A stretch of DNA of 64,000 nt from Dehalococcoidia bacterium (GCA_965197585.1 OZ240215.1:3072001-3136000); one strand, 5' to 3'; counted from the stretch's first letter, positions 53,522 through 63,087 are shown. Made by a program: numbers and translations. Notes: a model not told the origin generated them from the letters alone.

Positions 53522-54667
53522 CTAGTCGGAGGCCAGGACAATGGTGCCGGTGGAGGACAGGGTGCCGCCCGTGCCGTTGACCAGGCTGGTCTTGGCCCCC
53601 GCGACTTGCCGGTCTCCGCACTCGCCTCTAAGCTGCCGGGTGGCCTCCAGCAGGAGGAACATGCCGTACATGCCGGTGTGGCAGTAGGAAAGTCCGCCGC
53701 CGTTGGTGTTCATTGGAAAGTCGCCGCCGGGAGCAGTGCGCTGGTTGGCGACGAAGTCGGGGCCCTCGCCCCTTCCGCAGAAGCCGAGGGACTCGAGGGT
53801 GATGAGGACCGTATAGGTGAAGGAGTCGTAGATCATGGCGAGGTCGATGTCGGAGTGTTTGAGCCCCGCCATCTCCAGCGCCCGAGGCCCGGTCTCCCTG
53901 GCTATAGTCGAAGCGAGGTCATTCTGCTGCAGGATACCCTCGCCGTGGTCGTGGCCTTCGGCTGCCCCGAGGATCCAGACGGGACTCTTCTTAGTGCTCT
54001 TGGCCACCGCCGCCGAGGTGATGACCGTTGCGCCGCCGCCATCGGTGACGAGGCAGCAGTCGGGGAGGTGGAAGGGCCAGGAGATCCAGCGGGAGTCGTG
54101 GTAGTCCTGGATGGACATCGGGTCCTGCATGTATGCCTTGGGGTTGAGCTGCGCCCACTTACGGGTAGACACGGCTATCTCTGCCAGGGCGTTGCGAGTG
54201 CGCTCCTCGCCGAACTCGTGCATGTAGCGTGTGCAGGCAAGGGAGTAAGCGTGAGGTTCGATGACCAAGCCGTAGGGGTGTTCATACTGTGCGATTGGCA
54301 TGTTGGGGTCGTCCCCCGCGTAGGCCCGGGTGCTCCGCCCTGCCTCGCCGTGCACGATGAGGGCTACGTCGATAAGCCCTGCGCTGATAGCGGCAAGGGC
54401 GTGCTCCACGTAGATGACGAAAGAGGAGCCGCCGACGTTGGTGCCGTCAGTGTACTTGGGGGTGAAGCCCATGTACTCGGCCATGTTATAGGGGGACGGG
54501 CCGGCGACGAATAGCCCGTCGACATCCGAGAGAGAAAGACCGGCGTCGTCCAGGGCGTTGAATGCCGCCTCCGAGCCATGCTGGAGACGGGACTTGTTGG
54601 GTACTTTGCCTATTTCGTCGGACTCGTCCACTCCGACGATCGCGGCCATACGGGACAGATCTGCCAT
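53522..54667 (-). CDS. Thiolase-superfamily protein (SCP-x/Ltp2-like), close paralog
   Basis: Same motifs; AGGAGG RBS before ATG 54667. Confidence 0.9.
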   Translation of the reverse strand: MADLSRMAAIVGVDESDEIGKVPNKSRLQHGSEAAFNALDDAGLSLSDVDGLFVAGPSPYNMAEYMGFTPKYTDGTNVGGSSFVIYVEHALAAISAGLIDVALIVHGEAGRSTRAYAGDDPNMPIAQYEHPYGLVIEPHAYSLACTRYMHEFGEERTRNALAEIAVSTRKWAQLNPKAYMQDPMSIQDYHDSRWISWPFHLPDCCLVTDGGGATVITSAAVAKSTKKSPVWILGAAEGHDHGEGILQQNDLASTIARETGPRALEMAGLKHSDIDLAMIYDSFTYTVLITLESLGFCGRGEGPDFVANQRTAPGGDFPMNTNGGGLSYCHTGMYGMFLLLEATRQLRGECGDRQVAGAKTSLVNGTGGTLSSTGTIVLASD

Positions 54668-54768
54668 TCTTGACCTCCTGTGACTAACGGGGTGTGCCAT
54701 GACAGGGGCGCGTGTCCCCCACTCCATAGGCAGCGAAGTTGGTAGTATTCCCCCAGAAAGCGGCCCTT

Positions 54769-54797
54769 ATTCTATAGTCGGGGGGTGGGGGTGTCAA
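54769..54797 (-). promoter_or_regulatory. Sigma70 promoter TTGACA-N17-TAGAAT for the thiolase operon
   Basis: Read directly on the minus strand. Confidence 0.75.
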
Positions 54798-54886
54798 TTT
54801 GGGGGGAGAATGGGCTTCTGGACTTAGAGGGAAGGGGCCGCGTAGAATGGCCTTATAAACCTCGTTACTAGCATCAGGAGGAGACT

Positions 54887-55246
54887 ATGGCTGCACCCGA
54901 CATCACTCTGTACACAAAACGCTCCTGAACTTCCTGCAGAAGAGCGAAAGAGTTTCTTTCGCAGAAGGAGATCGACCACATAGAGAGGGATATCTTCAAG
55001 GAACCTTTGTCTCGGGAAGAGATCGAAGGCTTGCTTGAGCTCATCCCGATGGACAAGCTCTTCTCCCGCAAGAGCAGGGCAGTGAAGAAGCTGGGCCTGG
55101 ACGTCGACGCCCTCTCTGACGCCGAGAAGCTGGACCTCATGAGCCAGGAACCGGCACTGCTCAAAAGACCCATCGTCGTAGGTGGGTCAACGCCCGTATT
55201 GGGCTACGATGTGGCGGCGCTCGAAAGTGCAGTCGGCGGGAGTTGA
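54887..55246 (+). CDS. ArsC/Spx/MgsR family thioredoxin-fold selenoprotein (UxxC; TGA at 54926-54928)
   Basis: AGGAGG RBS; MAAPDITLYTKRS-U-TSCRRAKEFL continues in frame into ORF 55007-55246 ending P.LLKRPIVV. Confidence 0.88.
54944..54962 (+). promoter_or_regulatory. Candidate bacterial SECIS hairpin
   Basis: GCGAAAGA-GTT-TCTTTCGC perfect 8-bp stem; G-starting loop 23 nt after the UGA. Confidence 0.65.
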
Positions 55247-55276
55247 ATAGACAGGTAGCGCTAGACAGGACACACC

Positions 55277-56134
55277 ATGACTAACGACAACAAGCACGAC
55301 AGGCCCGACCTACTGGTCGAGACAGATTGGCTCGCCGAGCACCTGGACGATCCTAATTTAAGGATCGTGGACATGGGGCCCATCGACGCCTATAAAAGGG
55401 CCCACATCCCCGGCTCGATGGGTCTGAACCGCGACTACTTCAAGGACCCGGACAACAGAGTCCTGGTCATGGGCCCCGACCGGTTCGCCGAGGCAATGAG
55501 CGCAGTCGGCATCGGCGATGAGCACGACGTGATCGCCTACGATGATTGGGGTGGCCTCTACGCCGGCCGTCTCTGGTGGCTCCTCCGCATGCACGGCCAC
55601 GAGAAGGTGCGGGTGCTGAACGGCGGATGGAACAAGTGGATTGGCGAGGGTCGGCCCGTCGAGGCCGTGCCCCTGTCTCTGTATCACAGCGGGAAGCCCA
55701 TGACTCCCCACAGGCCTGCGTCCTTCACCGCCAACCCGGAGCCTGAATACAACTGCACCCTCGACCAGCTGAAGGATCGGCTCCACGATTCCGAATGGGT
55801 CACCCTGGACGTCCGCACCGACGACGAGTACACGGGTGCCCTGACCCGAGGCAACAAGCGCGGCGGTCACATACCGGACACCATCCACATCGAGTGGACA
55901 AAGGCTGTCACCGACGACGAGTTCAGGACTTTCCTGCCGCCAGCGGAGCTAAGGGAGCTCTACGAGTCGGCGGGGATCACTCCCGAGAAGAAGGTAGTCA
56001 CCTACTGACAGGGTGGAATACGTGCGGCGCACGTAATGTTTGCCCTCCGACTCCTCGGCTACGAGAACGTCAGCAACTACGACGGCTCAATGGGTGAGTG
56101 GGCCAACCGGGACGACACCCCTATAGTAACTTAG
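55277..56134 (+). CDS. Tandem-domain rhodanese/sulfurtransferase (SseA/TST-like) selenoprotein (TGA at 56006-56008)
   Basis: HIPG, VRVLNGG, VVTY-U-QGGIRAAH, then the signature NYDGSMGEW before TAG at 56132-56134. Confidence 0.92.
56010..56046 (+). promoter_or_regulatory. Candidate bacterial SECIS hairpin
   Basis: Upper stem TACGTGC-GGC-GCACGTA (56019-56035) on lower stem AGGGTGGA/TTTGCCCT; loop 17 nt after the UGA. Confidence 0.7.
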
Positions 56135-56888
56135 GCCCGACAACGTACTTCAGGTTGGCCGTCGTATGACGGGCCACCTCCTCGACGGTTATGCCGCGCA
56201 GCTCGGCTATCTTCTCAGCGACGCGCAACAGTTGGGCCGGTTCCAACGGGTTCTTCTTTCTCCAAGGCTGGGGAAAAGAGTCGGTCTCGATGACCATGTA
56301 CTCAAGGGGCAGGGACTTGACTATCGGATGGAGGTGGTGAAGGCTGAGGAGCGTCTTCGAAAAGGAAACATAGATTCCCATGTCCATGCACTCCTCGGCG
56401 ATTCGCTGGTCGGCCACGAAGTAGTGCATTATAGCCCCGACCTCGTAGACCCGCTCCTCCTTAAGAATGCGTAGGCAGTCCCAATAGGCCTCCCGGCTGT
56501 GGAACACGACAGGCAGGCTCAGGTCCCGGGCCAGGCGCAGATGCTGGCGGAAGACGTCCTGCTGCACCTCCCTGGGCGCCTTGCTCTTGAAATAGTCCAG
56601 ACCCGGTTCGCAGATCATGAGCACCTTCTCGCTGGACTTGGCCAGACTGCGAAGCTCATCGAAGGTGGCCTCGGTGATGTTTAGGTGGGCGGCGTGGGGA
56701 TGAATGCCGACACCTGCATAGATGTCGGGATACTCCTCGGCTATCTGTACGGCGGCCCTGGAAGATTCCAGAGAGCTTCCGGCAGTGATGATCCTCCTAA
56801 CGCCAACATCCCTGGCGCGCTGCACGACCTCCGGGAGCTGAGGCCCATAGTCCTCTAAATGAGTGTGACTATCCGATAAATCGAGCAT
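56121..56888 (-). CDS. tatD: TatD family hydrolase
   Basis: DSHTHL, GIHPH, EPGLDY, HSREA, IETDS. Confidence 0.9.
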   Translation of the reverse strand: MLDLSDSHTHLEDYGPQLPEVVQRARDVGVRRIITAGSSLESSRAAVQIAEEYPDIYAGVGIHPHAAHLNITEATFDELRSLAKSSEKVLMICEPGLDYFKSKAPREVQQDVFRQHLRLARDLSLPVVFHSREAYWDCLRILKEERVYEVGAIMHYFVADQRIAEECMDMGIYVSFSKTLLSLHHLHPIVKSLPLEYMVIETDSFPQPWRKKNPLEPAQLLRVAEKIAELRGITVEEVARHTTANLKYVVGPKLL

Positions 56889-57069
56889 CCGGGACCTCTC
56901 TTCCAAAGTTATCGATGGATCCTGTTAGTATGAGCGCAGAGGCGTGGGACAACGTTAAGCTTTCTGAAAAATGAGCGGTCATATCTGCTTAGGCATTCGA
57001 GAAGGTACGCAAGCGCGGGTGTCCGAATCTTCTGTCCTGCCTTGTCAGCAACTGTATATGTCAGGTAGC

Positions 57070-58149
57070 TCAGTCTACTTGCCAGAGAGATTTGAGACGT
57101 TCAACCGTGAAATGCCACTTTGCGCTTCGTGGCTGGGCCACAGTGTTCTGGTTTCCAAAGAAGCCCCGTTCCTTGACCGCCTCTTGAAAATCTACTGTCT
57201 TAATCCACTTAACACCCACGAAATGTTCAGCGCGTTCTTCATCGAAGGCGTTTGGCGCCTCAACATCGAATTCGGTGATGGGGGTGAGAGAGCCTTTGCA
57301 ATCAATATTGAATTGGTCATAGCGCACGGCTGATGCGACAACAATGCCAACGCCTACATATCCTTTCCCAGGGATGGATACCCATATTCGGTCGTCAGGT
57401 TGAAGCATTCTCAGAGTTTTTACATACCATTCTCCCCCTCCACCGCTGACGAACCCATACTTCTTTGCATCATTCCATCTTCGGCTGTCTCCTTCTCCAA
57501 AAGAAACATAGAATTCACCATTCCATTCTCCTTTCAAGAGCGGGCGGGAAGATGCTTCAGCAGAAAGGACAAACGGGTCATTCAGCCAAGTTCGCGTTAG
57601 ATATCGACGGCCTTCATCCTGAAACGCACGAAATAGTACGACATTGATATCAACGCCGTACTCTTCTTGCAGATACAAAACTATTCGCTCAGTGGACAGG
57701 TCAAGTTCCTCAGCAACGATAAGCAGTCGATGAGAGGAATTGATCTCATCGGGAATACTATTGAATCTTTCTTGAAGGGCATCATTGATTCCCGTTAGAG
57801 TAACGGCCTTGAGAAAGCGACGTTGGTAGTCAATGAAAATATTAGCAATCTCCTCGGATGTCATGCGGCGTATGCAAGAACCGTAATCGAGGGTTTGTGC
57901 TACCACTTCCCTTGGCGTACGGGCGCGCTTCAACTCAATTACTACTAAGTTGCCTTCAGCATCAATTGCCAGGATGTCAATGCGGCCCCCAACTGTAGAG
58001 ACCTCCCGACCGATTATCATGAGGCTGGGATCAATTATAGAGAGATCTGAGGCTATTATTTCTTGGAGTCGTTGTTCATAGTCCATCCCGCTGAGGGATA
58101 TCGGATTGAGGTCCTCGTCAATTCGCCAAATCCCCACCTCTATTGACAT
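57070..58149 (-). CDS. NucS/DUF91-type PD-(D/E)XK endonuclease with C-terminal EVE/PUA-like domain
   Basis: GRIDILAID..VVIELKR..AQTLDY; C-terminal W..GFVSGG..DRIWV..GYVGVG; low GC. Confidence 0.8.
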   Translation of the reverse strand: MSIEVGIWRIDEDLNPISLSGMDYEQRLQEIIASDLSIIDPSLMIIGREVSTVGGRIDILAIDAEGNLVVIELKRARTPREVVAQTLDYGSCIRRMTSEEIANIFIDYQRRFLKAVTLTGINDALQERFNSIPDEINSSHRLLIVAEELDLSTERIVLYLQEEYGVDINVVLFRAFQDEGRRYLTRTWLNDPFVLSAEASSRPLLKGEWNGEFYVSFGEGDSRRWNDAKKYGFVSGGGGEWYVKTLRMLQPDDRIWVSIPGKGYVGVGIVVASAVRYDQFNIDCKGSLTPITEFDVEAPNAFDEERAEHFVGVKWIKTVDFQEAVKERGFFGNQNTVAQPRSAKWHFTVERLKSLWQVD

Positions 58150-58315
58150 CTTATCCTACCTTCCTATCCTCAATGGTGAGTCGAACATATCGCCTATCAC
58201 AATGACGAATGCATTTGATTGTATCGCCACAAGGTGAGATCTGAATATTCCTCGTTCTCAAGCCTATTGGCTAAGTGTAGAGGAACTTATGACGTAGATA
58301 GTGGTGCTGAGAAAA

Positions 58316-58948
58316 TTAGCGTTGGCCTTCAACTATCTCCGCAATCTCCCTAGCTGCAGTGCGAGGATCGGGCGCTCCCAGAATTGAGCGTATGACGGCA
58401 ACGCCGTCCGCCCCAGCGCTCATCACCTCTCCCGCATTGGAGGCATTGATCCCGCCGATGGCGTAGATGTGCGTATGTACCCGAGCCTTGACTTCCTCTA
58501 TCAACCCGGGCCCCGAGGGCGGGCGGCCGGGATGCGAGGCAGTGCCGTAGATTGTCCCGACCATTAGATAGTCGACGCCATCGTTCTCGGCTGCCACAGC
58601 CTCCTCAACACTGTGCACAGACCTGCCGACCAACAGCCTCTCTCCACCAAGTTTCTTCACGACACAGGCTGGTAGAGAGTTGGAGGGAAGGTGAATGCCG
58701 TCTGCATCGACGGCGAGGGCCACGTCAACTCGGTCGTTGATGATGAGCAGTGCCTTGCCCTGTGTGACGATGCGCAGCCTCGTCGCAATCTGGTACAAAT
58801 CACCTGAGGACATGGTCTTCTCCCTGACTTGCACCATCCCCACCCCACCCGACACCGCCTCCGCCACTACTTCCTCTAAGCGGGCGTGTAGGGGTACGGA
58901 GGAATCAGTGACAAGGCAAAGGCCGGGAAGTTGCGGGGAACTAGCCAT
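58316..58948 (-). CDS. thiE: Thiamine-phosphate synthase
   Basis: QVREK, INDRVDVA, GRSVH, TASH, AIGGI; start overlaps the thyX stop. Confidence 0.92.
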   Translation of the reverse strand: MASSPQLPGLCLVTDSSVPLHARLEEVVAEAVSGGVGMVQVREKTMSSGDLYQIATRLRIVTQGKALLIINDRVDVALAVDADGIHLPSNSLPACVVKKLGGERLLVGRSVHSVEEAVAAENDGVDYLMVGTIYGTASHPGRPPSGPGLIEEVKARVHTHIYAIGGINASNAGEVMSAGADGVAVIRSILGAPDPRTAAREIAEIVEGQR

Positions 58949-59654
58949 GGGCCCTTGCGGGCTTGAGGAAAAACTCGTCAAAAGCCTCGAATGCCAGGGG
59001 AGCGACGCGTTGGGCAATCTTTTCGATTGCCAGGGCGTAGGCGCGGATCTCGGGCTGCGCCCCTTCTCCCAACCGTAGCTCCAGGAAGTTCATAAGGGCG
59101 CGGAAGTTGAGAGTCCAGTAAAACTCCGTGTAGTAGGCTGTTCCCAGCACGCCCCGGAACACCTCCCTCGTGCGCTTGCGATGCTCCTTGAAGGGCTTGG
59201 CTTTCTCCAGCATGCGCTCATAGAACTTGTGCTCGCTGTGCATCATCTCCTCATATTCCTTCAGGTCATCGTCGTCGAAGATGCCGGGAAGGTCCTCAAG
59301 GGATGGGACATAGAACTCCTCTTTGAAGATGCGATAGCGGGCCGACCGCTCGTTGTAAGAGGCTATGCGGTGACGGAGCCATTGACGTGCGACAAATATG
59401 GGGCACTTGATAACGAACTGGAACACGACGTGCTCGAAGGGGGTGCCGTGTTTGTTCTCCATCAGGAAGAAGATAAGGTTCCGGTCGCGTTGGGGGTCCG
59501 ACTTCGCGCCGGTCGAGACACGGGCGGCGTCCAGGATCCTCTCGTCGCCGCCTATGTAGTCGAGGAGGTGAACGTAGCCTTTATCCAGGACCGGGACCTT
59601 GCAACCCCTGAGTTCGGCGTCCGGGCCGGTGACATTTTCCAACGAGGCCCCCAT
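58941..59654 (-). CDS. thyX: FAD-dependent thymidylate synthase
   Basis: HGTPFEH, RHRIASYNERSARY. Confidence 0.95.
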   Translation of the reverse strand: MGASLENVTGPDAELRGCKVPVLDKGYVHLLDYIGGDERILDAARVSTGAKSDPQRDRNLIFFLMENKHGTPFEHVVFQFVIKCPIFVARQWLRHRIASYNERSARYRIFKEEFYVPSLEDLPGIFDDDDLKEYEEMMHSEHKFYERMLEKAKPFKEHRKRTREVFRGVLGTAYYTEFYWTLNFRALMNFLELRLGEGAQPEIRAYALAIEKIAQRVAPLAFEAFDEFFLKPARAHG

Positions 59655-59683
59655 TTTCGTGATCTTAGTAGTTTGAGCGTGGC

Positions 59684-60823
59684 TCAGAGGCCCATGCCGA
59701 TAGACACCATGCGGAGCGATCTTTCGGTGGCCTCGGTGAGGAGGGGCCCGGCGTCGTGGATGGCGGCGTCAAGAGCGATCGGACCGGGCGCGATGCTCAT
59801 AACGGAAGTCACGCCCTGTTCGTAGATGGAGCGGTACTCGGGAGCGAGGTTGCCTGCGAGGGCTATGACCGGGATATTGAGCCCCTTGGCCCTGGAAGCG
59901 ACGCCCATAATAGTCTTTCCGTAAGATGACTGCCCATCGATCTGCCCCTCGCCGGTGATGACCAGGTCCGCCCCGTCAAGCTGCTCGACGAACTTGACCG
60001 CGTCCGCTACTACCTCGACACCCGCCCTGAGCTCTGTCGGGAAGAACACCTTCATGCCGTAGGCGAGCCCTCCCGCCGCTCCGGCCCCCGGATCGTCCCT
60101 CTGGTCGATGCCGAAGTCCCGACGTACCACGTCAGCGAAGTTTCCTAAAGCGGCATCCAGCTGTTCGATTATGGCGGGAGTGGCTCCCTTCTGGGGGCCA
60201 TAGATGGCCGCGGTGCCCTCCGGGCCGCATAGCGGATTGGTGACGTCGGTCGCAACTTGGAAGGTAGACTCGGTGGCCCGGGGATCGATGCCCGAGACGT
60301 CGATTTTTGCGAGCCGGGCCATGGGACCGCCCCCGAAGGGAAGCTCGGCTCCCGACTCATCCAGGAACCTCACGCCCAGGGCCTTGGCGACGCCCGCGCC
60401 GCCGTCGCAAGTGGCGCTCCCTCCGACACCAAGGATGAACTTGCGGTAGCCGTTGTCGAGGGCTCGGCGTATCAGTTCTCCTGTGCCGTAAGTTGTCGTA
60501 ATTAAAGGGTCGCGCCTGTCCATGGGGACAAGGGCCAGCCCGGAGGCGTTGGCCATCTCCACGACGGCGGTATCGGTGCTTCCCAAGACCCCCCAGAAGG
60601 CCTTGACGGGCTCGCCGAGAGGTCCCGTGACTGTGTCTTCGTGAGTGCTTCCGCCGGTGCCTCGCATTAGGACTTCAAGTGTGCCGTCCCCGCCGTCGGC
60701 CATAGCAGAGATGAGGACCTCGGCATCGGGGAAGACGCGACGGACGCCGACGACTATAGCATTGGAGACCTGGAACACCCCCAGGCTCCCCTTGAACGCC
60801 TGGGGCGCAACAACGATTTTCAT
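59684..60823 (-). CDS. glxK: Glycerate kinase
   Basis: APQAFKGSL, ADGGDGT, GGSATCDGG, YGPQKGA, TGEG. Confidence 0.92.
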   Translation of the reverse strand: MKIVVAPQAFKGSLGVFQVSNAIVVGVRRVFPDAEVLISAMADGGDGTLEVLMRGTGGSTHEDTVTGPLGEPVKAFWGVLGSTDTAVVEMANASGLALVPMDRRDPLITTTYGTGELIRRALDNGYRKFILGVGGSATCDGGAGVAKALGVRFLDESGAELPFGGGPMARLAKIDVSGIDPRATESTFQVATDVTNPLCGPEGTAAIYGPQKGATPAIIEQLDAALGNFADVVRRDFGIDQRDDPGAGAAGGLAYGMKVFFPTELRAGVEVVADAVKFVEQLDGADLVITGEGQIDGQSSYGKTIMGVASRAKGLNIPVIALAGNLAPEYRSIYEQGVTSVMSIAPGPIALDAAIHDAGPLLTEATERSLRMVSIGMGL

Positions 60824-60914
60824 GAAGCGGATTATAGTCGGTGAAGGGGTGGGGTGATAGACTGGGCCCCTGAATTCGGTTGATACGCGATGGCCGTTAA
60901 CTCTTAGAGGCTGG

Positions 60915-61421
60915 ATGAGTACAGTAGAACCGAAGACGCTAAATGCGGCTTACAACTTGGCGATCAAGGCTTTGGACTCGTCAAGTCGGGAGGCCTCTTC
61001 AATTGACACAAAACTGATTGGCACCCTTGCGGTGTCGATTATTGTTGTAGGCCTTTTGCCTATTGTTCCAGGAGAACTGGGATTGACGATTTGGCATTAC
61101 TGGCCTAATTGGTTTTTGTATCTGGGAGTAGGGGCTTTCCTGTGGGTGGGGTTCTGGGTGTATCAAGGTTTTCGAGCAAGGGACTTCTATGCCTTGGCTA
61201 CATTAAGTCCTGGCTTGCTTCGAAAATTTTACTGGGATTTCGATGCAGACACATTCAAGTTGGAGATTTACGAATGGGTACAAACAGCGTGGGATGATAA
61301 CCGTCGTCACTTGGATAGCAAGGGCACCGCGTTCATATTGGCGCTTCCCGCAGCAGCGCTTGAAATAATATTTCTGCTAGTCTGGATTTTTACCAGAGCA
61401 GCATTTCCTATTTCTTCTTAG
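60915..61421 (+). CDS. Hypothetical 3-TM membrane protein
   Basis: SIDTK followed by two TM segments and a C-terminal TM; lower GC. Confidence 0.7.
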   Translation: MSTVEPKTLNAAYNLAIKALDSSSREASSIDTKLIGTLAVSIIVVGLLPIVPGELGLTIWHYWPNWFLYLGVGAFLWVGFWVYQGFRARDFYALATLSPGLLRKFYWDFDADTFKLEIYEWVQTAWDDNRRHLDSKGTAFILALPAAALEIIFLLVWIFTRAAFPISS

Positions 61422-61599
61422 GCGGGAAGCCCTTCTGCATAGGTACGAATGGGCTGGGCGGTTTAGGGCGCGCAGACGGCTCCCTGTTTTCTCTCGGTTC
61501 TTCTGCCATGTCTTAATGATACATCAGGTGGTAGGATTATTAGAAATCTTCAGGCCCTTGCCCCCTAGGGCACGAGCCAACTTCTAGGGAACAGACGAA

Positions 61600-63042
61600 A
61601 TGATTCCGCAGAAAATAATCGAAGAGCTGATCGGGGTAGTAGGGGAGCGATACGTCCTGTACGCCCCCGAGGACCTGATTGTCTTCGAATACGACGGCTC
61701 CCAGGCAACCGGCTACCCGGAAGTCGTGGTTGTCCCCGGCTCCGCCGAGGAAGTGGCTCAAACAGTCAAAATCGCTCACCGGGAGGGAATACCCATCGTG
61801 CCCCGGGGCGCGGGCACCAGCATAAGCGGCGGCGCCCTTGCCTCGACCGGTGGAATCCTTCTGCCACTGACCCGGATGAAGAAGGTCCTGGAGGTCGATA
61901 CGGAGAACCTCGTCGCAATTGTGGAGCCTGGTCTCGTGAATGTGGACCTGAGCGCTGCCGTGAGCCAGTTCGGACTCTACTACGCCCCCGACCCTTCCAG
62001 CCAGAAGGCGTGCACCATCGGCGGAAACGTGTCTGAGAATGCGGGAGGGCCTCACTGCCTCTCCTATGGCGTGACAACCAACCACGTTTTGGGCCTTGAG
62101 GTAGTGCTGCATAACGGCGACCTGATGTGGGTCGGTGGGAAGGTGCGGGACGTGCCGGGTTACGACCTGACGGGAGCCATCGTTGGATCAGAAGGGACAT
62201 TTGTCGTGGTCACCAAGGTGATAGTCCGACTCATGCCCAAGCCCGAGTCGGTTAAGACCTTGCTGGCAGTCTACGACGACCCCATCGACGCAACGAACAC
62301 GGTCTCGGCGGTGATAGGGGCGGGCATTATACCTGCAGCCCTTGAGATGATAGATGACGTGGTAATCCGGGCCGTGGAGAAGGTGATAAAGGCAGGGTTC
62401 CCAATGGACGCCGGGGCCGTGCTTCTCATAGAGGTGGAGGGGCTGGAAGAGTCGACAAGGGAGGAAGCCTCGGCCATTGAGAAAATCTGCAAGGCCAACA
62501 AAGCTACCCTGGTGCGCGCCGCCGCCGATCCCGCCGAGCGGGAAAGGCTGTGGGCCGGTCGCAAGAGCGCCTTTGGGGCCCTGGGAAGCGTGGCCCCCAA
62601 CTATTACATAGTGGACGGAGTGGTCCCCCGCAGCAAGCTGCCGGAAGTGATGAAGAAGATAGAGGAGATATTCAGCCGTTACCAGGTCCTGGCCGGCAAC
62701 GTATTCCATGCCGGTGACGGCAACCTGCACCCGATAATCCTTTTCGACGAGCACGAGGCGGGGGTCAAGGAGAGAGTGATACAGGCGGGCGGAGAGGTGA
62801 TGAGGGCTTGCATCGACGTGGGAGGCGCGCTGACGGGCGAGCATGGCATAGGAGTAGAGAAGCAGATGTACATGCCCTGGGCGTTCACCCAGGAGGACAT
62901 GGATGCCATGAAACGCCTGCGAGCAGCCTTCAACCCTAAGGCAACCTTCAATCCTGGCAAGATCTTCCCCGACGAAGCGGCTTCGCATCAAGAGTCGGCG
63001 CTTCATAGACCCGTGCCCCAGGTCTCGGGGATGTATGTCTAG
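61600..63042 (+). CDS. glcD: FAD-linked oxidase, glycolate oxidase GlcD-like
   Basis: PRGAGT, APDPSS, GSEGT, HAGDGNLHP, GEHGIG, NPGKI. Confidence 0.88.
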   Translation: MIPQKIIEELIGVVGERYVLYAPEDLIVFEYDGSQATGYPEVVVVPGSAEEVAQTVKIAHREGIPIVPRGAGTSISGGALASTGGILLPLTRMKKVLEVDTENLVAIVEPGLVNVDLSAAVSQFGLYYAPDPSSQKACTIGGNVSENAGGPHCLSYGVTTNHVLGLEVVLHNGDLMWVGGKVRDVPGYDLTGAIVGSEGTFVVVTKVIVRLMPKPESVKTLLAVYDDPIDATNTVSAVIGAGIIPAALEMIDDVVIRAVEKVIKAGFPMDAGAVLLIEVEGLEESTREEASAIEKICKANKATLVRAAADPAERERLWAGRKSAFGALGSVAPNYYIVDGVVPRSKLPEVMKKIEEIFSRYQVLAGNVFHAGDGNLHPIILFDEHEAGVKERVIQAGGEVMRACIDVGGALTGEHGIGVEKQMYMPWAFTQEDMDAMKRLRAAFNPKATFNPGKIFPDEAASHQESALHRPVPQVSGMYV

Positions 63043-63087
63043 AGGCCATGACTTAAACTACCCAAGTATTTTGTAAGGAGAACGAAG

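Noticed and set aside
54926-56008. Genome-wide UGA reassignment (code 4 or 25) as the explanation for the in-frame TGAs
   Set aside because: TGA ends many complete genes here (e.g. 38646, 39685, 42352, 51800, 55246); only these two TGAs fall on catalytic Cys positions.
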